Shown piece after piece: positions 13,701 to 16,002 of a stretch of DNA of 16,002 nt (the first letter of the stretch is position 1; each line of letters opens with the position of its first letter). A model generated the notes under the pieces. It had not been told where the DNA came from and did not search any database. It saw nothing but the letters and a program-made list of their open reading frames with translations. A program made the translations under genes and the position numbers. The stretch comes from Rhodothermales bacterium. GTDB lineage: Bacteria; Bacteroidota; Rhodothermia; Rhodothermales; VXPQ01. The DNA is taken from the NCBI GenBank assembly GCA_040904565.1, contig JBBDTI010000051.1, positions 14,314-30,315 of the forward strand. The letters run 5' to 3'.

Positions 13701-16002
13701 GTCGGTGTCTCGGCGAAAGGCGAGGCGGTAGCCGTAAGACGCGCGAGACCATCCGGCAGCTGGACGAACACATGGGCGACCAACGATCCGTCGCTCATCG
13801 ACCCGCTGACGGAAGCCGTGTCGACGATCTGATCGTTGATGCGGGACGCGGTGAGTTCGATGCGTCCGTCCGCCGTGAGCGTCGACGGATCCGCTCCGGT
13901 AGCGCTGACGGAGGCCGTTCCGCTCAGCCGGGTTTCGAATGCCGGGTCACCCATCAACGCACCTACATTGACGTTCTCGAACGTACTGCCGTCGATGTGC
14001 AGGTTTGGGACGTCCTGGAACGGGCGCGTGCGGCCCGCTAGGCGCACGCTCCCGTCGGGCATGGCGACGTCCGCGTCGAACGTTGCGAGTCCACGAGCAA
14101 GGCGCACCTGGAATCGCGCGGCGTCGATCGACTGGTCCCGGAAGCGCGAATCGGACAGGTTGATGCGGCCGTCCACTACGGCCGTCTGCGGTGACGTGCC
14201 GCGTGCCGTGAACGTCGCGGTGCCGTTGAAGACGCCGCTCCGTTCGTCGTCCTGCAGCAAAGCGGAAAGCTGAACGCCGGAAAACTCGGCGCTCGTCACG
14301 TCGATGCGGGGCGTTTCCTCGAAGGGCCGTCCCGTCGCTACGACCGCGTAGCGGCCGGCCTCTTCGAGATCGGCCGAGAGGTTGAGGCGCAGCGTACCGC
14401 CGGCGAGTCCGGCCTGCAGCGATGCCTGTAGAAGGTGGTACGGGCCGTAGGTCGATGCCTCCATCACAACGCCCGCGTCCAGCGTCATGGAGCCCGGATC
14501 GATCCCTACACCCCGGGCGGTGAAGGTGCCCGTAAGTGAGCTGGCCGCCTCTGCACCCAGCAGCGCGGCAACGTCGACGTTGCGAAACTGGCCGCGTCGG
14601 ACGCTGAACGTGAGCGAGTCCGTGAACGCGGCGTCCCCGTTGGCCGCCAGGAGTCCGTCCGGGAACACGAACCGGATGCCGTAGCGCAGCGCTCCGTTCT
14701 CCAGGTTCATCTCGAGGCGTCCCTCATCGATGCGGGAGGCATTCACCATCGAGGGGGAGAGGTGTAGGAGGCCGACGACCTCGGCCGATCTCGGGTCGAA
14801 CCCGTGTCCATCTACCGAGAAGGTCGCATTCACGTCGGTCTGATGTTCCGTCGCACCTATCCGGGCGGCGTTCAGACCCTGCATCCGCCCGCGCACCGCA
14901 TACGACGGGATGTCCGAAAACGGCTGGATGGAGCCGTTGACGGCGAGCATGCCGCCGTCCCATCCCGACGTCGCGTCGAAGGAGACCTCTCCGCTGTCGA
15001 TACGCGCTTCCAGGCGGGCGGAGGGAATGGAGATCCCCGAAAAGGTCGATCGCGTCAGGCTGGCGTCGAGCGTGCCGCGCAGGCTGTCCAGGGATGGGCC
15101 CGCCAGATCGAACGCCGCGCTCCCGGTGAGTTGGGTTGCGGGGGAGGCGTCTGCAGCCGTACCCGCCGTCATAAAGGAGGGGTCGAATTCGCTGAAGCGC
15201 ACGTCGCCGACGAAGGTGAGCGGCCCGGACGTCAGGGGGCTGACGACGCCCTCGAAAGCGACGGTGCTTCCATCCGACATGCCCGCCTCGGCGTTCACGG
15301 CGAGCTCTCGGCCCGTGCCGGACGCCTGAACGGTGATCGTAGCCGACGTCGTGGGATCGACCGACGGTAGAAAGGAATGAATGTCGGCGAAGTGGAGCGG
15401 GGCGGCGTCGAGCGTAAAGTCGATGTCGTTCACCGTTTCCTGCCCTTCCCCCGGCAGCCGCAGGCGTCCGGATGCCGTCATCTGGCTATGCGACGAGGAG
15501 AGCTCGAAGCCTGATAGGGTAAAGACGTCGTCGAGCAGGGAGCCGCCCATACGGACGCTCGTCCATTCGGTTTGCCCGGGCGGTGCGTAGGACGCATGGA
15601 GCGTGTCCAGCACGGCACTGGAGCCGGCGCCTACCCGAATGTCGTGCGCCCGGAGGCCGAGCTGCTCGATTCGGAAGGACGAGTCGGGCGTCGCAGCGCT
15701 GGGACGTGCGGTCAGCCCGCCGCCATCCATCGAGATGTCGTCAATCTGAACGGTTATCGAGGACGCGGTCGCCGTCGTATCCCGGCCGAAGGGGGAGAGG
15801 AGGTCCCACGTGCCGTCCGGATCCCGGCGCGCGTGAAGAACGGGGTGGGACAGGCGGACTTCCGTGAGGTGGATCGTCTTGCGCAGGAGGCTCAGCAGGT
15901 TGTACCGTACGCGCAGCGTGTCCACCGCGACCATGTCGAGCGTATCCCTCCCGGCGGTATCTGCCGGCCGCGCATCTATCCGATACAGACGCAGTCCGTG
16001 CA
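10775..16002 (-). CDS. tamB: Translocation/assembly module TamB (AsmA-like, DUF490 C-terminus) protein, 5'-partial, >=1741 aa
   Basis: The frame stays open from the stop at 10775 to the window edge. The last full codon ends at 16000 and there is no stop upstream of the ATG at 15934. The sequence is beta-taco-like, with alternating hydrophobic and Gly-rich residues, and has a near-N-terminal DTLRVRYNLLSLL..IHLTEVRLSHP..D.DGTW motif. C-terminal DUF490-like segments (FGKRFDIASGTLTFNG..DPQIDIEA, LGSDPPL...DIVSYIATG, LTAGSYVSPRLFVS) end in QFEYAY. Confidence 0.9.
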   Translation of the reverse strand, partial: HGLRLYRIDARPADTAGRDTLDMVAVDTLRVRYNLLSLLRKTIHLTEVRLSHPVLHARRDPDGTWDLLSPFGRDTTATASSITVQIDDISMDGGGLTARPSAATPDSSFRIEQLGLRAHDIRVGAGSSAVLDTLHASYAPPGQTEWTSVRMGGSLLDDVFTLSGFELSSSHSQMTASGRLRLPGEGQETVNDIDFTLDAAPLHFADIHSFLPSVDPTTSATITVQASGTGRELAVNAEAGMSDGSTVAFEGVVSPLTSGPLTFVGDVRFSEFDPSFMTAGTAADASPATQLTGSAAFDLAGPSLDSLRGTLDASLTRSTFSGISIPSARLEARIDSGEVSFDATSGWDGGMLAVNGSIQPFSDIPSYAVRGRMQGLNAARIGATEHQTDVNATFSVDGHGFDPRSAEVVGLLHLSPSMVNASRIDEGRLEMNLENGALRYGIRFVFPDGLLAANGDAAFTDSLTFSVRRGQFRNVDVAALLGAEAASSLTGTFTARGVGIDPGSMTLDAGVVMEASTYGPYHLLQASLQAGLAGGTLRLNLSADLEEAGRYAVVATGRPFEETPRIDVTSAEFSGVQLSALLQDDERSGVFNGTATFTARGTSPQTAVVDGRINLSDSRFRDQSIDAARFQVRLARGLATFDADVAMPDGSVRLAGRTRPFQDVPNLHIDGSTFENVNVGALMGDPAFETRLSGTASVSATGADPSTLTADGRIELTASRINDQIVDTASVSGSMSDGSLVAHVFVQLPDGLARLTATASPFAETPTYAIEGGTFEGIDIGRLAGRPDWTTDLAGSITLAGSGFDPDDIVAEGTLTLSRSVIQAAVLQDGTLNVSLSGGNAQIDVNLRFEEGSAELEGGGRFFAEEPEYRIAGSLSNVPLSDLLGIDGPTTRLTGTIDLDGSGTNPGTMALRGVGTLDASIVEGTSVENAHAAFALDRGLLRVDSLLVRSAFLNGSGSGRIALWDSTASSDFQFSADVFDLGPLRRYAAAENLQLDEGHFIGRVYGPPGALRFDAEGSLTNFIYDTVRFSAFEGTVAGEIDPDLGLSMAEMEGSFVAISLPAFLVNRADLRLTYGPNDIRFDGDIFIEQGRSGSLRGYVDPSPDARRVVLEAVNLTLDGREWELLQEAVISYGDAYRVSGLLLHSGDDQLAIDGIIDPTGNQNFIVTAENVSYGAIADLLGYEGLSGVLNGSLVLTGPAASPTLDGSLRAEIASFGARVGRLDLGLDYADLRLNVDAVLTHVDGSTLDVDGYVPADLRVARLTDPAADDGEQSAILADESVNLTLVADRFAVGWIEPFLDPATIDDFEGRLAGNVRVTGTMASPELLGTATFTEGSLALTELGLTYSDIQAEFDFQQNVVQVTDFLVRSGRGRARGSGSVNLTELTLGEFDVSLNVRDFLAIQNSEYRFVVDGDMQLSGTTDRPVLQGRIEVASGEIFMTEETTATELEQVMLTEEHLQTVERRFGLHVTEGDTTTFSLYDALAMDLNVAIERNTWIRSRVNPIMDIQFSGNLDLSKEHYQDAAIFGTIEVVPQRSRIIQFGKRFDIASGTLTFNGPATDPQIDIEAEYVARPFRGQDPGVTITLGIEGRMSEQLDLTLGSDPPLEYTDIVSYIATGQPASSDLYLGGAGSTLLGTGTGLALQQLTAIMEGIAESGLGLDVVTLEQRSGGEYLTAGSYVSPRLFVSVSQPINLTGNETTGDASSSNRPLFTIEYELQRWLLVRLTQQNQTLRLNLQFEYAY
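13100..15300 (-). repeat. Intragenic tandem protein repeat, ~101 aa (303 bp) unit, about 7-8 copies, within tamB
   Basis: Anchor dipeptides PL/PF/AF/PF/PF/PF/FF/LW begin at 15238, 14923, 14629, 14326, 14023, 13720, 13417 and 13114. Spacings are 315, 294, 303, 303, 303, 303 and 303 bp. The repeat is visible at protein level and diverged at DNA level; the outer copies are degenerate. Confidence 0.85.

Noticed and set aside
13100-15300. The 303-bp periodicity as a CRISPR array or DNA-level mobile repeat
   Set aside because: There are no identical nucleotide repeats with spacers. Similarity is at the amino-acid level inside a continuous ORF.
9-15867. Numerous long plus-strand ORFs (e.g. 589..1362, 3648..4634, 6565..7665, 7876..8823, 11597..12427)
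   Set aside because: They are antisense shadows of well-supported minus-strand genes, expected in GC-rich DNA, and show no recognisable motifs.
15932-15934. ATG at 15934 as the tamB start
   Set aside because: The frame stays open to the window edge and the N-terminal membrane anchor expected of TamB is absent, so the gene starts outside the window.

Overview
GC-rich bacterial chromosomal window, probably from the Rhodothermota/FCB group. That placement is inferred from the long-form IspH, the cysteine-less Tgt, the MlaD architecture and Shine-Dalgarno-less starts. All eleven credible genes lie on the minus strand. In transcription order they are: a very large, 5'-truncated TamB/AsmA-like protein (>=1741 aa, with about 7-8 tandem ~101-aa repeats), mlaE, mlaF, an elongated mlaD, an AI-2E family transporter, a hypothetical membrane protein, tgt, an orphan 7TM sensor histidine kinase, ispH, a class I SAM methyltransferase and a hypothetical lipoprotein. 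No RNA genes, mobile elements or CRISPR arrays were seen. The strongest signal is a candidate envelope-spanning lipid-transport locus: a repeat-expanded TamB bridge next to an MlaEFD set lacking MlaA/B/C in this window, plus an AI-2E protein. Also notable are a Tgt lacking all four zinc ligands and a 7TM-DISM-type kinase with no ectodomain.
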